Positions 39,839 through 52,795 of a DNA stretch of 64,000 nt are shown piece by piece; position 1 is the first letter of the stretch, and every line of letters begins with the position of its first letter. A program made the translations under genes and the position numbers. The DNA is from Raillietiella orientalis (Eukaryota): NCBI GenBank assembly GCA_036172245.1, contig JAYWIR010000007.1:496001-560000 (forward strand), in the 5' to 3' direction. Under the pieces are notes generated by a model. That model ran no database searches. It was not told the DNA's origin and saw nothing but the letters and a program-made list of their open reading frames with translations.

Positions 39839-40657
39839 ATGTCAGTCACCACCGCCTTCCTCTCCAGACCGGTCTGGCACTTCAGCGTGACCCTGTCCAA
39901 CCAGCTGTTGACCGACGAGAACCTGGACGGCGTCGGCATTGTTCGAGACATCCTCAACATCATGCTGAGCTTCTCCATCTTCCTGGACACCGTCCTGGAC
40001 GACCCGCTAAACCCGAGGTAACAGGTCTGCGGCTCATCCGACCCTCTCCTCCCCTCCCCTCCCCTCCCTCCCTCTCTTCTGAGCCATCCCTCGGGTCGAG
40101 CGGGGCAGTCTTTTCCTCGCGTTGGAGGGAAACTGGGAGCAAAAGGACCGGAGGAGGAAAAAGGGATCGGCGCCTGCTCTCGGGAGGTTGCCTCCTCCCC
40201 CCTCCCCTTCCCACTTCCGGGACCCTCTCTCCGCTGCGTCCTGTTTTCTGGTGCCAGCTGGCGGCTCCTCGCAGGTCTTTCGAGGAGCAACAGGCCGAGT
40301 ACTTCTCCGCCATCGTCCATGTGGTCAACTCCCTCGGGCTCAGCGGGAGGGCCTGCCTGCTCCGCCTGGTCTGCGAGATCCAGCATCTCGACGCCTCCCG
40401 CCTGTCGACCGTCGGCCGGGTCCTGAGAGAGCTCCTCACGTGAGTGTCGCCCTCTCCTCACAGCCGCCCCCAACTCGGAGTGGTCGGTGGCACCTCCCAC
40501 CCCCTCCGTCACTGTGAGGGATTCTTCGCCCAGGCCGTACAACCGGACGTGGCTGAGCGGCGACGACATGTACAGGGAAGCCATCAGGAGCAGCCAGGTC
40601 CCCCGGGAAGACTGCAAGGCAATGCACGGCAGCTGCTTGCTGTCGCTCGTGCCCTGA
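39839..40657 (+). CDS. DM4/DM12-domain protein D (subtype 2); join(39839..40017,40275..40439,40534..40657); 5' end unresolved
   Basis: SIFLDTVLDD exon; core VVNSLGLSGRACLLRLVCEIQ; last exon MYREAIRS...DCKAMHGSCLLS; phase-2 introns. Confidence 0.83.
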
Positions 40658-42230
40658 CACCTCCCAGACGACCTCTCTGCTCGGCTTCGGGACACCCGGA
40701 GGCCGTCTCGAAGGAAAGACCCTACTCTCCACTGCTCGGCATTAGAATCCCTCGAAAGGAAGGGAGACTCCACTACCTGTCAGGTCTCTCGGCGGAATAC
40801 GGGAAGGCGGGATGCCACACGGAAAGCGCCCTGGCCATCGGAGGGAATCCCGAACATCGATCTGTGCCACTCCCCGCCTTGAATAAGTGATAGTGACCGA
40901 TCAGATCAACCCAGACTTTTCTGTAATCCCTGCAGGGCCCCACTTAATCTATAAATAAATCCACGTGACCACCTGTAGCAGTCGAGGAAGTCTATTTATA
41001 GACACAAAAACTTGCACCATGCAGTCCATACGCCCTTCTCCATGTGCGAGCAGATCCACGTATCTTCTCAGTCCATAGTAAAATCCACTCCTTGGCCTCC
41101 ACCTGCTAATGAACCCACTTTTTTCCTCCCGGGCTACGAATAAAATCCATGTATTTTGCAGGCAGGTCCACGGCCTACAAAAGGCCCTTCGGCTGTACAC
41201 GACTCTGCGTCGTGCTCGAATAGGTCCATTCGCCTCCTCCTCGATCTGCTCTCGTGCCAAGGGGGAGGGGGATTGCGTCGCATACGCAGACCTCCTTTCC
41301 AGCCCCGGGTCCTGGATAGGGAGGCACTTCACCTCTTCATTTTAATCCGCCTTATCCTCTCAGAGTCTCCGCCCCTCCTATTCCTCCACCGTTTCGAGGT
41401 CAGGATTTTCACTGGCAGTGGTCCTTCCCTCCCCTTCCTCTACCCAGAGAGAGAGAGGGTCGACGTCCTTCGTCTGATGTCATAGCATGGCTTTTCGACC
41501 GCACGCTTCTCCGTCCGAGGACTTCCTTCCGGCGAGAGTGTCCTGAAAGGGTTCTCGCCCTCCTGCCGACTCCTCTTGCAGGGATGCGGGCGCAAGAAGC
41601 ACCCTCGCCCTTGCGACTTTACCTTCCCAGGGTCTCAGAATTCACGGTAAGTTCCATTTTTTTCCTTGTGTTCCAATACCGCTCTCGGAAAAGTCCCGCT
41701 TGTCCCAGAGCTCGCGCGTGCCATCCGTCCGTGAGTTTCGACGCGCTCTCCGGGAATAACGTTCGCCTTTGGTTCGGTGCTGGTTAGAGGGTAGGGGTGG
41801 GGGGTGAGGTTTGAACTCGAGAGAGGAAGGGAGGGAGGGTCGCGTTTGCGCGTCCTTCCAGGATCCTCTTCTGTTCAGACAGCTGGGAAGAATCAGCACT
41901 TGGACGGACACTGCGTCCTACCAAAGACAGATGGATGTCCCCGCATCCCTGGATCATCCCAACGCTTTCCTGACTGCATCGTTGATGGCACGCCCGGCTA
42001 TTGTTGAGAACTCTCCCCATCCATTGTCGCACCCGATTTCCTGCATCCCAGACGAAAGTTTCCACCGGGAGGACTCTCTCACCGGAGGAAGCGGCAGCAA
42101 GGAGGGAAGGGGAAAGGGAGGAGGGGGTGGAGAGGGGGAAAGAGGAACAATGGCAGACAGCGGGGTAGAGAACTCAAGGTCAGTCCGGAAGAAAGGAGTA
42201 CTCATTCTCTCATGTGCTTTCCCCCAGACC

Positions 42231-42950
42231 ATGGCATCCCCGAGCAACGTGCTGTCCGGTACCATGACAACTGCCCTGCAGTTAAAGCCGAATCTGTGGA
42301 CGAACATCCAGGTGAACAGCGAGCTCATGGACGGAAGGAGCCGGGAGAAACATCACCCTGCGCCGTACATGCCGATGGCGGCCCTCACGTTCATCTTGTT
42401 CCTGGACAACCTGCTGGACGGCTTCGACTCTCCCGGAAGGTGGCACTTTCGTTCCGTTCTATTCCCGAAGGGATGACATGCATGGGTTCTTCCCTTCCTA
42501 CTACCCCCGCTCCTCCTCTCCCCTTTTCTCCCGCTTTCCCCAAACCGCAGGAACCTTCGGAGAGAGGACCAGCGCTGGGTGTTCCAAGCGATCGAGGACT
42601 TCCTCCTGCGTCTGCAGTGGGCGAACGGGTGCGGCTGTCTGCTGCGATTCGTCTGCGAGACCCGGAGCCACGTGCTGAGCGAGAGGGGCCTCTGGGGGCA
42701 TCTGGTCTCGCTCGTCTTCGCGTAAGTTCGGGCCCTCCTCTCCTGGGGAGTCGCGCGGAGGCAGCGGTCCCACGAGGGCCTTCATCCGACCAGGCCGAGG
42801 GACGGCGAACGCGGGTTCCCCGCTAGGTTGCGCACCGCGTGGGTGGCCGGCGGTCTTCCACGGATTGACTGCATCCGGAAGTATCCGGACTGCCCGTTCT
42901 CCTTGCTGCAGATCCTGGACCGCGACGCTGTGAGAGCATCCTGCGGGTAG
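42231..42950 (+). CDS. DM4/DM12-domain protein E (subtype 2); join(42231..42439,42551..42721,42794..42950); 5' end unresolved
   Basis: KPNLWTNIQV...FILFLDNLLD exon; core IEDFLLRLQWANGCGCLLRFVCET...LWGHLVSLVFA; last exon DCIRKYPDCPFSLL. Confidence 0.85.
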
Positions 42951-44077
42951 CAGCCGAGGGCGAGGTAGGAGCGTCCCAGAGGCAAGTCGAAGCGGCGATC
43001 TTCGAGTAAACCCGTGTTTCCCGAAAGCAGTCTCCGTACGGGAAGCTCAGGGAGGCCCCCCGTTACCCTTCTTGGGGTCCCACGCCCGAGAAACCGAGGG
43101 CGTCTTCGTCACCCGTGCTTCGTCCTGTGGCTAAGCAGGAAGGAATTGCCTTCGTTGCTCCGGCCCTCGGGAAGAGGGCAGCTCGGAGCGGGAACGAGGA
43201 GTCTCTTCTCTCGGCTTCCCTGACGCAGCGCACGGACCAGAGCGGGGAGTTATCCCCTCGGTGGAAGGGGATCGCCCCTCCCTTCCCTTGCGCACTGAGG
43301 GAACTGCGAGCAGAGTGGGAGCTCCACCCCATCGCGTGCTTCTTCTGCTCCTGCGGCAGGAAAACCGTTGAGCCAGTGAGCCAGGAAAGGTCCCTCCCCC
43401 GGCTCCTCCTTCGTCTCTCTCCCACCGGAGCTCGTTCCGGGGGAAACGGGAAGAAAGAAGAAACAACCGTCGTTCCTGGAGGGAGTGTCTCTGAGTGGAA
43501 TGCCTTTCCAGGAGATTCTTCCTCCCCCTCTCTTGCCGAACCTTCGCGCGCATCCCTGGAGAGAAAGAACTCCGAAGGGCGAGCACGTCCGCTGGTAGGG
43601 ACAGAGGAGGGATGAGGAAAAAGGTCGGGTAGGAGGCGAAGGGAGGGGCTAGCTTTAGTGGACTCCTCCCCTCCCGGCGTCGGACGCCTCCTCTCATTGG
43701 GGTGGCAGTTTTTGGTCGCCCGAGGGAGCTCCGGCAGGTGATCTGCGCGTCACCCTTTCCTGAGGCACGCCCTTACCTGGCAAATGGGGGAGAGGGGTAG
43801 GATGAAAGGCCAAAAGTTCCTCCTCCCTACTGCTGGCTATTGAAGGGACAGTGAGGAGGCTGCTGCAGGGATCAAAGGATGCAGCTGTCCTCGAGCAGAG
43901 ACCCCCTTCCTCGACAACACGCCCAGGCGCCGCCGCCAGCTGCTCGCCCCCTCTTCCCGGAGCTCCCACTTACCCAACTCCCCCCCCTATCTCCTCCCGA
44001 GAACACTCTCGAAAGTGGGCCGCCGCCGGCGGAGTCTCGTCGGATTGCGATCATCGTCCTGCGCCCTCCCTTTCCCA

Positions 44078-44720
44078 TCAGCCTCCGGAGATGCGAACGG
44101 CTCCCGGGAGGAACACCTGGAGCAGGGAGTGCGGACATCCGCGGTGCCTCTCCGCGCACCCTCCGCCGTCGCCGCCCCTGTCCTCCTCAGCGTCTCGGAG
44201 CCATTTCAGGAGCGGATTCCCGGCGTCCTTGGGTCTTGTAGGAGGAACGGAGGGTCAGGGGAGGTGGCCTGCCACCTCTCTCCCCTCTTTGGGGGTGGAG
44301 GGAAGGAGGACAACTCACGTCAGCAGCAGGGAGAGAAGTTCTCCCCAGAATCCTATCCGGCGCAGCCCGCTCTCCCGGCTCTCGCAGACGAAGCGCCGCA
44401 GGCACAGCGTGCCTGCGGACCCCACTAGCCGCTCCAGGAAGCTCGCGACCGTCCGGAAGATCCACAGCTGGTCCTCCCCCAAGCTCCTGGAGGGAGACGG
44501 GAGGGCGGGTAAAGGGGTAGAGGGGAGCCGCTCACCTCGTCCCGGGAGCGTCCAGGAGCACGTCCAGGAACAGCGTGTGGATGAGCCCCACGGCGTAGTT
44601 TTGGCGCACGGGGGGTCGACTGGCTCCATCTTGCTCCAGGAGGTCCGCGCTCACCTGGAAGTTGGTCCACAGGTGCGGGGCCCGCTGCATGATGATGGCT
44701 ATAGTGCTTGAGGTGGCCAT
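44078..44720 (-). CDS. DM4/DM12-domain protein F (subtype 2); complement(join(44078..44234,44319..44486,44536..44720)); 5' end unresolved
   Basis: APHLWTNFQV...TLFLDVLLD exon; core FLERLVGSAGTLCLRRFVCES...FWGELLSLLLT; last exon GCAERHRGCPHSLL. Confidence 0.83.
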
Positions 44721-46825
44721 CACCTCCTCCTCTCCACTGAGGCGGCGACCTGAAGGGGAGGTGCGGAAGGACCGAGGAGAGTGAGATGGGGTTGGGAAAC
44801 CCAAGAGCACCTTTCCCCCTTCGCCCCTTAAGAACCTCGGCGTCCGCCCGCGGGGGAACACGTAGATGCGGTGCAGGGGGGAGGAAGGCTGCACTCCCTG
44901 CGAGGGCTGCCCTGGAGGGACGGGGGGCGAAGGAGGAGCATGCAGGGATGAGGAACCGCCCCTTGGGATTTCCCCCTCCCCCATCCCTCCTCAGCCGCCC
45001 TCAGTCTTGAGAAAACGACTCTAGCCCAATGGCCCTCCGCACCCCGGGAGCTGAGTGGGCACCGACCCGCGCCGCTTCCTTCTTCCCGGGGGACCGAACC
45101 GAGGAAAAGGGGGTCGATCAGAGAGAGAAAGGATCAAAGGGTCACCCACCCGTCCCTAGAAAGCTAAACGGGAGGAACTCACCTAGGATGCTGCTGGACC
45201 TCTCGGACGCAAGGGAGGAACTCGGAGGCGTTTTTTCTTCCCAGGGGAGAATCCTCCCGTCTCAGGCGGGGGTGAGGGTGGAATAAGAGGGGAGGGAGGG
45301 GGAAGGAAAACGCGGTCTCCTCCATCCCCCTCTTCTCTCGCGCGTTCCCTCCCGATGCTTATCGGCCAGTCGGGGCGACGTGCTGATGACCCCCGGCTCC
45401 GCCCCCTGCCTCCGCCACCGGGACACTCTGCTTCTTTCATCAGAGGACCTCACACATATGGCTTTCCCAGGTCAGGAGGAGTTAGGCCGCTCGTTCACTT
45501 CCCCTCTGGAGATAACTCCTCTCCCATTACTCAGAAAAGAGGGATGGAGGAGCGTTTGCTCGCGCGTAACGGGGGGAGGAGGAAGGTGTACGAATTAGGG
45601 AAGCGCCCACTTCTGACTCGCTCGCGGCAACCCTAGCAGCAGCTTCCCGGAAGCAGCGCTGGATGGGGGACGAGGAGCTCTCGGAACAACCTCTCTCGAC
45701 TATCCCAGGCACTGGGGATCTCCGCATCCTCACTGCGAGTCCCGTCGGCTCCCAGGTCCCCTCGAGCCTGAAGAGGAGCCGGCCGTGACTTCCGGCAGCT
45801 CACTTCCCACAGGTGAATCCCCCTCTCATAGGAGCGGGGGACTGGAAGGGTGCAGAAAAGGAAGGCACGGTAAGACAAGATTTTTTTTTTTTTTGGACCT
45901 CCTCCGCTCGTGGAGCAGGAAGGGGAATGAAGGGGATAGAACGTTCGTTCCCTTTCCCTTACCCAGCAGCCGTTCGGTTCCTTCAGGAGGAGTACCTTAG
46001 AGAAGTCGGAAACAGGGTGCTCCCTTCGGAGCAGCTTCCGAAGCACGTGGGCCGGTCCACACGTTTCCACTCTCTTTGACAGTGGCTCTCTTCCTTTGGA
46101 CATCGAATCTGCAGCTACCGTATTTTCCCTCCGAAGGAAGCAGCGCCTCAGCGGCATCTTCCTTCAGCTCCTCCAGCACTCCATCCCTTCGACCGAGGAC
46201 GGACAACTCTCTATCTCCTCACTAACTCTCTCTAAGATCTCTCCTTGAAGTGCTCTCATGAGACAGGACAAAGTCATCGTGTTGACTTCCGGGATCAACC
46301 ATTTCGGGAGCGTACTTTTTCCATCCGGTTCTTGGGAACAAAGCTTAGGTAAGCAGAGCTGAGTTGCAGGCTGGCAGCTGGCGTCCTGAACAAATGGCTC
46401 TTCCGTCTCCCTCGCCGGCCAAAATGACTGCTCCGATTCTATGGAGCTTCAGAGAAGTGAGGGGTCAAAAGTCTATCCCTTTGGAAAACCTAAGGATGAG
46501 ATCCCGTCACGATAAAGAATAGCCTTTCGGTGTTCCAACAATCTCCAACAAGTGCGGCTTTTGGGGAAGGATTCTTGCGAAACCTGCGATGTGATTTCGA
46601 CATGGGGTGAGTTCATCTCCTGGTACAGCTGCGTTTTTCCGTTTAAGATCGGCAGAACAAACATTCGCTGGAAAGTCACCCTGAGGGCTCTTCGCTAGTC
46701 GATCGTTGCTTCCTGCTAAGTCTTCAAATTCGTTCTTGCGGATGGAAAAGCCTCTGCTTAAAGGACACGGATATGCAGTCGACTTTATCAAATGCCCGGC
46801 TGCTGAACCGGTGAAATGTCGCATT

Positions 46826-46947
46826 TTTAACAATGCAGCATGGAAATTCGCCAACAATGGTGTGCTCTTTTAACAATGCAGTATGGAGATTCGATAACAA
46901 TGATACGCTCCTTTAACAATGCAGTCTGAAGAAATAGCCTAACAATG
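46826..46947. repeat. ~43-bp tandem repeat, about 3 copies, with six AACAATG motifs
   Basis: TTTAACAATGCAG starts at 46826, 46869 and 46912; AACAATG at 46829, 46853, 46872, 46896, 46915 and 46941. Confidence 0.85.
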
Positions 46948-47636
46948 AAGCTGCAGGGAACGGCGGGAAAGAAATCTCTTCAAATGCAAAACAGCACTGC
47001 GAAGGTTGAAAACAAAGAATTCGTTTGCTTTCGTGTGAAATGCATTAATGAGAGGTTTGAATGCGTTCAAGAGAGAGTAAGAAACAGTAAAACATAAAGC
47101 GGAAAGCAAGAGGTTTGGTTACAGCAATGCAAAATTTCCTTGCAACTCTCTCTACTACTATCTTTCCTGACAGCTCTCAATGCCGAATGCTAGCCTCTTA
47201 CTCTCAGGAAGTTTCCTTTTTCCTCGTTTCTAACAGGCAAGCTTTCCTTTCCTGAATGAAGATGAATCGATTGCATTTTAAGAGCTCGTAACTCGCTCAA
47301 GACCCGAGAATTTGCAGATCGGAAACCCTGCACCCATCACCGATCGATAGGGTCAAGTAGCAGCAATGGCGCGCCTCTTGAACGGTGATCTCCGCGACAA
47401 TGTCCTCGAGAATGGTGGAGCCTTCCCTCAAATGCCATTTTTTGCAGAGCTTCCTCCGGATCGAAAGACCCTCCCGAGATCTCAGCAGCCTCAGAACCAG
47501 CGCTGTTCTTCCGATCGGAAGGTGCTAAGGCGACTTCCTCGCTCTCATGGTCAGGCCGGATCGCAACTTTTGTCGAGGATCGGCTCTGAGGAAAAGGAAA
47601 ACAAAGAGCACCGTTAAAGAAAGATTTAGAGGAAAA

Positions 47637-47674
47637 GGAAACGTGGAAGCATCGGACGATGCTTCCACGTTTCC
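47637..47674. repeat. Perfect 18-bp inverted repeat with 2-nt spacer
   Basis: GGAAACGTGGAAGCATCG-GA-CGATGCTTCCACGTTTCC. Confidence 0.9.
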
Positions 47675-49351
47675 CGCAACTCCGCCACCATCTCGGGACA
47701 CCTTACGGATGATCCAAGGGAACATGAACGTTCCCTGTTACAATCCCATGGTGAGGACAACTATTGCCCTCTTCATCACCGCTATCCTTGTGCGGTGGTG
47801 GAAGATGAACGCCATAACAGCCGTATCTCCGATGGAAATCCTAAAAGGGCTCATCCAGAAGGAGATCGGGATCAGGAATTGTGGACGAGTGCCAACCTGG
47901 ACGTACCGTTACATCCTGAAGAGGATTGAGGACGACTCAAGGGCAACGACTACGACCAACCCACCCTAAGTGCAGAACCCAGTGTTACCCCAGAAGCTGA
48001 CTTCCAAGTGTCATTTGTGAAGTGCTTGAGATGTATGAATGAGATTGTAGCGTGAATGATAAAAATAGAAAATAAATTTACCCCACTTCTTGTGGGACTT
48101 TGGGAAAATCGAGATCTCTATGTACGGCAAGCAACCCGGCATCTCAGGACCTGACTGTAGCCCCGATTCGCAGCCCCCAGGCAAGAAAAGAAAAAAAGAC
48201 TTGCTCCGTGTCCTTGGTCCAGGCGCTGCATTTGGCTCTGAGGAGAGAATTCCGTTTGAAGAAGGCTCCAGGGAGAAACGCTGCTGGAGAGCATTCAGTC
48301 CACTTTAAGTCTCTCCCTTGGCAAAGCGCCTCTGCGTGTTCCTCCGTGAAATGTCCTTGGAGACAGGAAGGGCGAGAAAAGATAGATAAAAGAGAGGAAT
48401 AGAGATAGAACAGAGATAAAACAGAGGAGCGAATGAATCCTTCAGGGCATCGAACGGTTGCAGCCGCAGGGGCGATGGCCAGCCATCTGCACGTCACGAA
48501 TACCATCCGAGATACTCTGCAACTTTCCATCTCCTGCCGGACATGGTGTGCGTGTTAGCGCACGCTTCCTGCCGGGAACGGATTTGCTTCTCTGCACGCG
48601 CATCCGACCATCATGAGGGGCCAACTGGGCCGCCTTCGCCACTCTGCAGCCCTAGACCCACTCTCCCCTCATCCCTCTCCGCCAGCCACAGTCATTCCCG
48701 AAGAGATCAAAAAAAGATCCCCTAGGGAAGCACTCCAGGCTCCGCGCTGTCCGTCCGACCAGGAGCGGACTCTCCGCATCCTACCAGGATCCAACGGAGG
48801 CCTCACCCAAGTCACCCTTCTGCGCAGGAATGCTCTGATTTGGTGTCTTTGAGGCCCTCTCGGTCTGGTGAGCCGGACATCGGTTATTCCTGGATATAGA
48901 GAAAGGTCCTGGAGGAGTCCTGGAAGGTCTGGATCCTCCTACCATTTTCTCAAGGCTATCGCCCTCGGATCCACCTCCTTCTCCGCGTCAGCCCTTCGAA
49001 GGAATCGCTCCCCCTTGCCTACCCACCCGCCCCTTCTTCCCGGGAGATTCTCACTTCCCGCGGCATCCTCCCCAAAGAAACCATCCTGTTCTCCCACACC
49101 ATTGATCCGGGCGCTTGGGACCCTCGGAACATCCCAGAAGTGAAAGGAAATGCTTTATTGCCCGATAAGGTGCAAAGGAAGGTTCCCTCGCGTTGTCCGG
49201 AAGGAGTTCCCAGACTCTTCCTGGATTCTCGGGAGCTCTCCTTTCGTTTTTTTTTTTATGGGGAGTCGGCGCGCGGAGGCCGCCACCCTCCCCCTCCTCC
49301 TCCCGCCGTGGCTTCTCAAGGAGGAATCATCAGCAAGGTACTTGGGTTTCC

Positions 49352-50305
49352 TCAGGGATCTTCCTCGTCGACCAGCTGGATAGGGCATTCCGGGAACAGC
49401 TGGGAGCACGGCACACTAGAGTTCCCTTCGGACGGGGATACACTTGATGAAAAGGTCCACCCGTCCAGGGAGGATCCCTTCAACCTGGAATTCGGAAAGG
49501 GTAAGGGGGCGTCTTTGATAGAGGGAAAGACCGGACGGGAAGCCCCTGGGGGATTCTTCTCCCCCCCTCCTCCCCATCATCTCAGAAGAAGGGGGGGAGG
49601 TATTTTCCCTGCTCCTCTCCTGCTCTTCCGGCCTTCTTCCTTCCGTGGAAAAGCACCACCGATTCCGGGGGGAAGATCTCCTCCGGAAGCCCTTCCGCAG
49701 AGCAGTCGGTGGTCATCGGCACCCGGAGCGAAGGGGAGAGGGAGCTGACCTTCCCTCTCCCCTCCCCCTGCCGAAGACCTCCGGGGCGATGTCGGCGTCC
49801 CCATTCGTCGCTTGCTGTCCCGGGAAGACGAGAAGACTCACGTGAAGAAAGCTCGGAAGAGCCGCGCCCACGCTGACAAGTGGTCTCCGCTTCCCCCGGT
49901 GAGGACCCACTGGCGGTGAGCCGAGCAGACAAAGCGCCGCACACAGGAGGCGCCGTCGACACCCACGAAGGCGAGTAGTCGCTCCAGGGCGCCGAAGAGG
50001 TCCAGCTGCTGCTGCTGCAGGGCCCTGGAAGCGAGAGAGGGCACTCCCTTCTCGGGACGGGAAGTGCCGGAGGGAAACTCCCCGGCGCCGTCCCGAAAGG
50101 GCAGGCGACAGTGGTACCCTCCCCCTTGCACTCACTACCTGTGCGTGGGCACCTCTGAGACCAGTGTATCTAGGAACAGTATGAGGGGCAGGCTGAGCCC
50201 CACGTTGTGCCTCTCCCTGCGGACGGCGTCCAGGTCGTCGTCCGTCAAGTAACTTTGAGAGAGCCCCACGGTGATGAGCCAGTTGGGCCGAGCTCCGATG
50301 GACAT
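49352..50305 (-). CDS. Divergent DM4/DM12-domain protein G (subtype 2); complement(join(49352..49484,49842..50024,50139..50305)); 5' end unresolved
   Basis: RPNWLITV...LILFLDTLVS exon; core LERLLAFVGVDGASCVRRFVCS; last exon PCSQLFPECPIQL; minus-strand AATAAA at 49154-49159. Confidence 0.78.
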
Positions 50306-51263
50306 CCCTAGAAGGTCTGCGCGTCCAGGAGGAGCAGGGTCGATGGAAGGAGAGGAAAGGGGAAAGAAGGGGTCCACCCTCGCGTTCCTGCCGCTTACTC
50401 TTCGGGTCTACCCACAAGGGGTGCGGGCCAGGAGACTTCTCCTCCTTCCGCATCCCCAAGGACGCCAGGAATCGTCCTCGCGTTCCGTGGCAGCCCGCCG
50501 CCACAGTTCCCACGAGGACACTCCCCTAGTCCCCGGCAGGAGTCTCCCCCCCACCCCCTCAGCTCCTTCGCACATGCACCTGCCTGATGCCCCCCTCCCC
50601 CGAGGTCGTTCCCCTCTTTACCTGCCTCACGAGAGCGCGGGCTCTCGCGGTCCTCGGCCTCGTCCTGAGCGCGCACCACTCCAGACCACCGCTGCCTGCT
50701 TTCTGGTGCTCCCGCAGGGCGGCAACCTGCGAGGAGCTCACGCGCGCGCGGGCAGGCGAAAGCGCGCCCCCTGCGGCTGCCCGCGTGAATACACCGCGGG
50801 AAGGCGAGGGGACCACGTAAGGGAGTCTTCCAAGAGAGGGGCCGGGAAAGAGGAAGGCAACAGACGAAGACAAGCGACGTCGCTCCCGCCTCCCACGGGA
50901 GCTCGGGGACTTCCCCCTCCCCCCCTTATCCCTTCCCAAATCCTTCCCGAGGAGGGGGCACGCCTCTGTCCCGGAAGGCGTCCGCCTGTCGCGACGCACC
51001 CCTCGGCGGCAGCCAACCTTCCCGGTGGTGCCCTCGAGGCCGGGGGGAGGATGGTTCCCCTCCTGGAGGAGGAGCACGGTGCCTGCAGGGGTGCAGCGAA
51101 CCTCTCTGGGAGCCTCCCCTCCTCCTCCCCATTCGGTGGCCCCTAGCCTCCAGGGGAGAGAGTCGCTTGAGACCTGCTGCAGGACGACCCGCGTTTATTC
51201 GCCGCTGCGCATCCCTTCCCCGTCCGTTCGGGACGGAAGCTGCCAGAGGACGTCCCTTCTTGG

Positions 51264-52034
51264 TCACATCCCGGGGACGCCCTCTGGGAAGAATCTCTCC
51301 AGGGAGAAAGTGCAGAGGTGATAGAGGTGGGCGCAGCGCGGTGTCGCGCCGGAGCGGCCTGCTCGCGCCGCCCTAGAGTACTCCAGGAATTCCCGCCCTC
51401 CCGTCGACCTGGGCCTGGAAGAAGAGCCCGGCAGGCGGCTGCCCGCGCCCCGCCTCCCCCACACTCACAGTAGGAGGTTCCCGAGGAATTCCCAGAGGAC
51501 GGACCTCTCGTCCAGGGCGAAGGTCTTGAGCTCGCAGATGAACCGCCGCAGGCACTGCTCGCCGTCCAGGCCGTAACCGCGCAGGAAGTTGCGCACCCGC
51601 CCGTACATGGCCAGCTGCTGAGCCTCCAGGGATCTCAAGGGGAGAAAGGGACGGTCGGTCGAGAAAGTCGGGTGCGCGGGTGGGGAAAGGGAACCCCCTT
51701 TGTTCCTCCCTTCCTTTCGCGAGCGAGCGATCGGGTGGGCGGCGCCGACCCCCACTGACCTGCCGAACTTCCAGAGGGCGCTCTCGTTGGACAAGCCCTC
51801 CAGATTGACGAAGACGAGGAACTCGATGATGCCGACCCCAAGGTAGCGGTAGCTGCCCCGGGCCCTGTTCAGGAACGGGAAGTGCAGGGTGCTGCGGAAG
51901 CCCAGCACACCCAGCCGGGACGTGCCCTCCTTGAAGCGGGCCGAGGACCCAAGCCCATCCCCGTCCACGGGGACGGGCGTACCAGCCGGCCCCAGCGCCA
52001 GCAGCAGCGGCAGCAGCAGCCCGCAGGCGCACAT
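51264..52034 (-). CDS. Secreted DM4/DM12-domain protein H (subtype 1); complement(join(51264..51414,51469..51633,51760..52034)), 196 aa
   Basis: Signal peptide MCACGLLLPLLLALGPAGT; core FLRGYGLDGEQCLRRFICELK; last exon EYSRAARAG...RCAHLYHLCTFS; minus-strand AATAAA at 51194-51199. Confidence 0.87.
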
Positions 52035-52795
52035 AGCTGTCGTTCTCTGGCGGCGCCGGAGCGAGTTCACGGAGAGACGGTGACGCCGCGGGCGGGAGTG
52101 AAATGGCAGAGAGCCGCCCCCGCCGCCACCTCCTCCTCCCGGAAGCATCCAGGAAGGGCAGGGAGGAGAGGAGCGGCTTCGCGCCCGAGAAGGGTCTGGC
52201 AGGAGGAGGGAGGAGGAGCGAGCCGGCCAGTCGCCCCCCGGGGCCCCAGAGTGGTCTCCCTGCAGCGCTCGGAGCGTCCCGCTCTTTCCGGGAGGAAGGG
52301 GAGGCAGCCCGAGAGAGCGATGGTCCCGTTTCTCAGAAGATCCGCATTTGCTCCGATTTTCCTCCCTCCCTTCGCACCCGTTGAGCCCAGAGGGGTCCAG
52401 GTTCGCTTCCTTTGAGCCCCGGAGTGCACTGTCGCCTTGGAAGCGCTCCTTCGGAGGAAGGGGAGAGAGGCAAGTCTCCCGGAACAGCCTTTCGGAGAGC
52501 AATTTGCCCTCCGAAAGACCTCCTGGGACCCTTTGCCTCCTCTCCTGGAATCGCCTGGGAATCGGCGGGAGGAGTTGCTCTCCCCCTTCTTCCCCCCTCC
52601 CCGTCCATCCCGCAAGCTCACGCCCCGCAGCGGCAGACCTCGGAACGTTCCCTCGGACGGGCGCTCTGCCTTCGCTCTCTTCCCTCCCCTCCTCTCCTTC
52701 CAGAAAGTCCAGGAGGGACACCTCGGTATCCTTCGGGAACGGAATTTCCTTCCTGTTTATTTTGAGGGTCCCGGAAGAGCAGGAGACGGGTCGAG

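Noticed and set aside
40949..41332. 127-aa minus ORF ending in an AT-rich tail (also 47547-47969 +), possible LINE C-terminal remnants
   Set aside because: No zinc knuckle or RT motif visible; needs a repeat-library search.
46826..46947. Repeat-spacer look reminiscent of a CRISPR array
   Set aside because: Eukaryotic context, spacers are mutually similar, only about 3 units, no cas genes.
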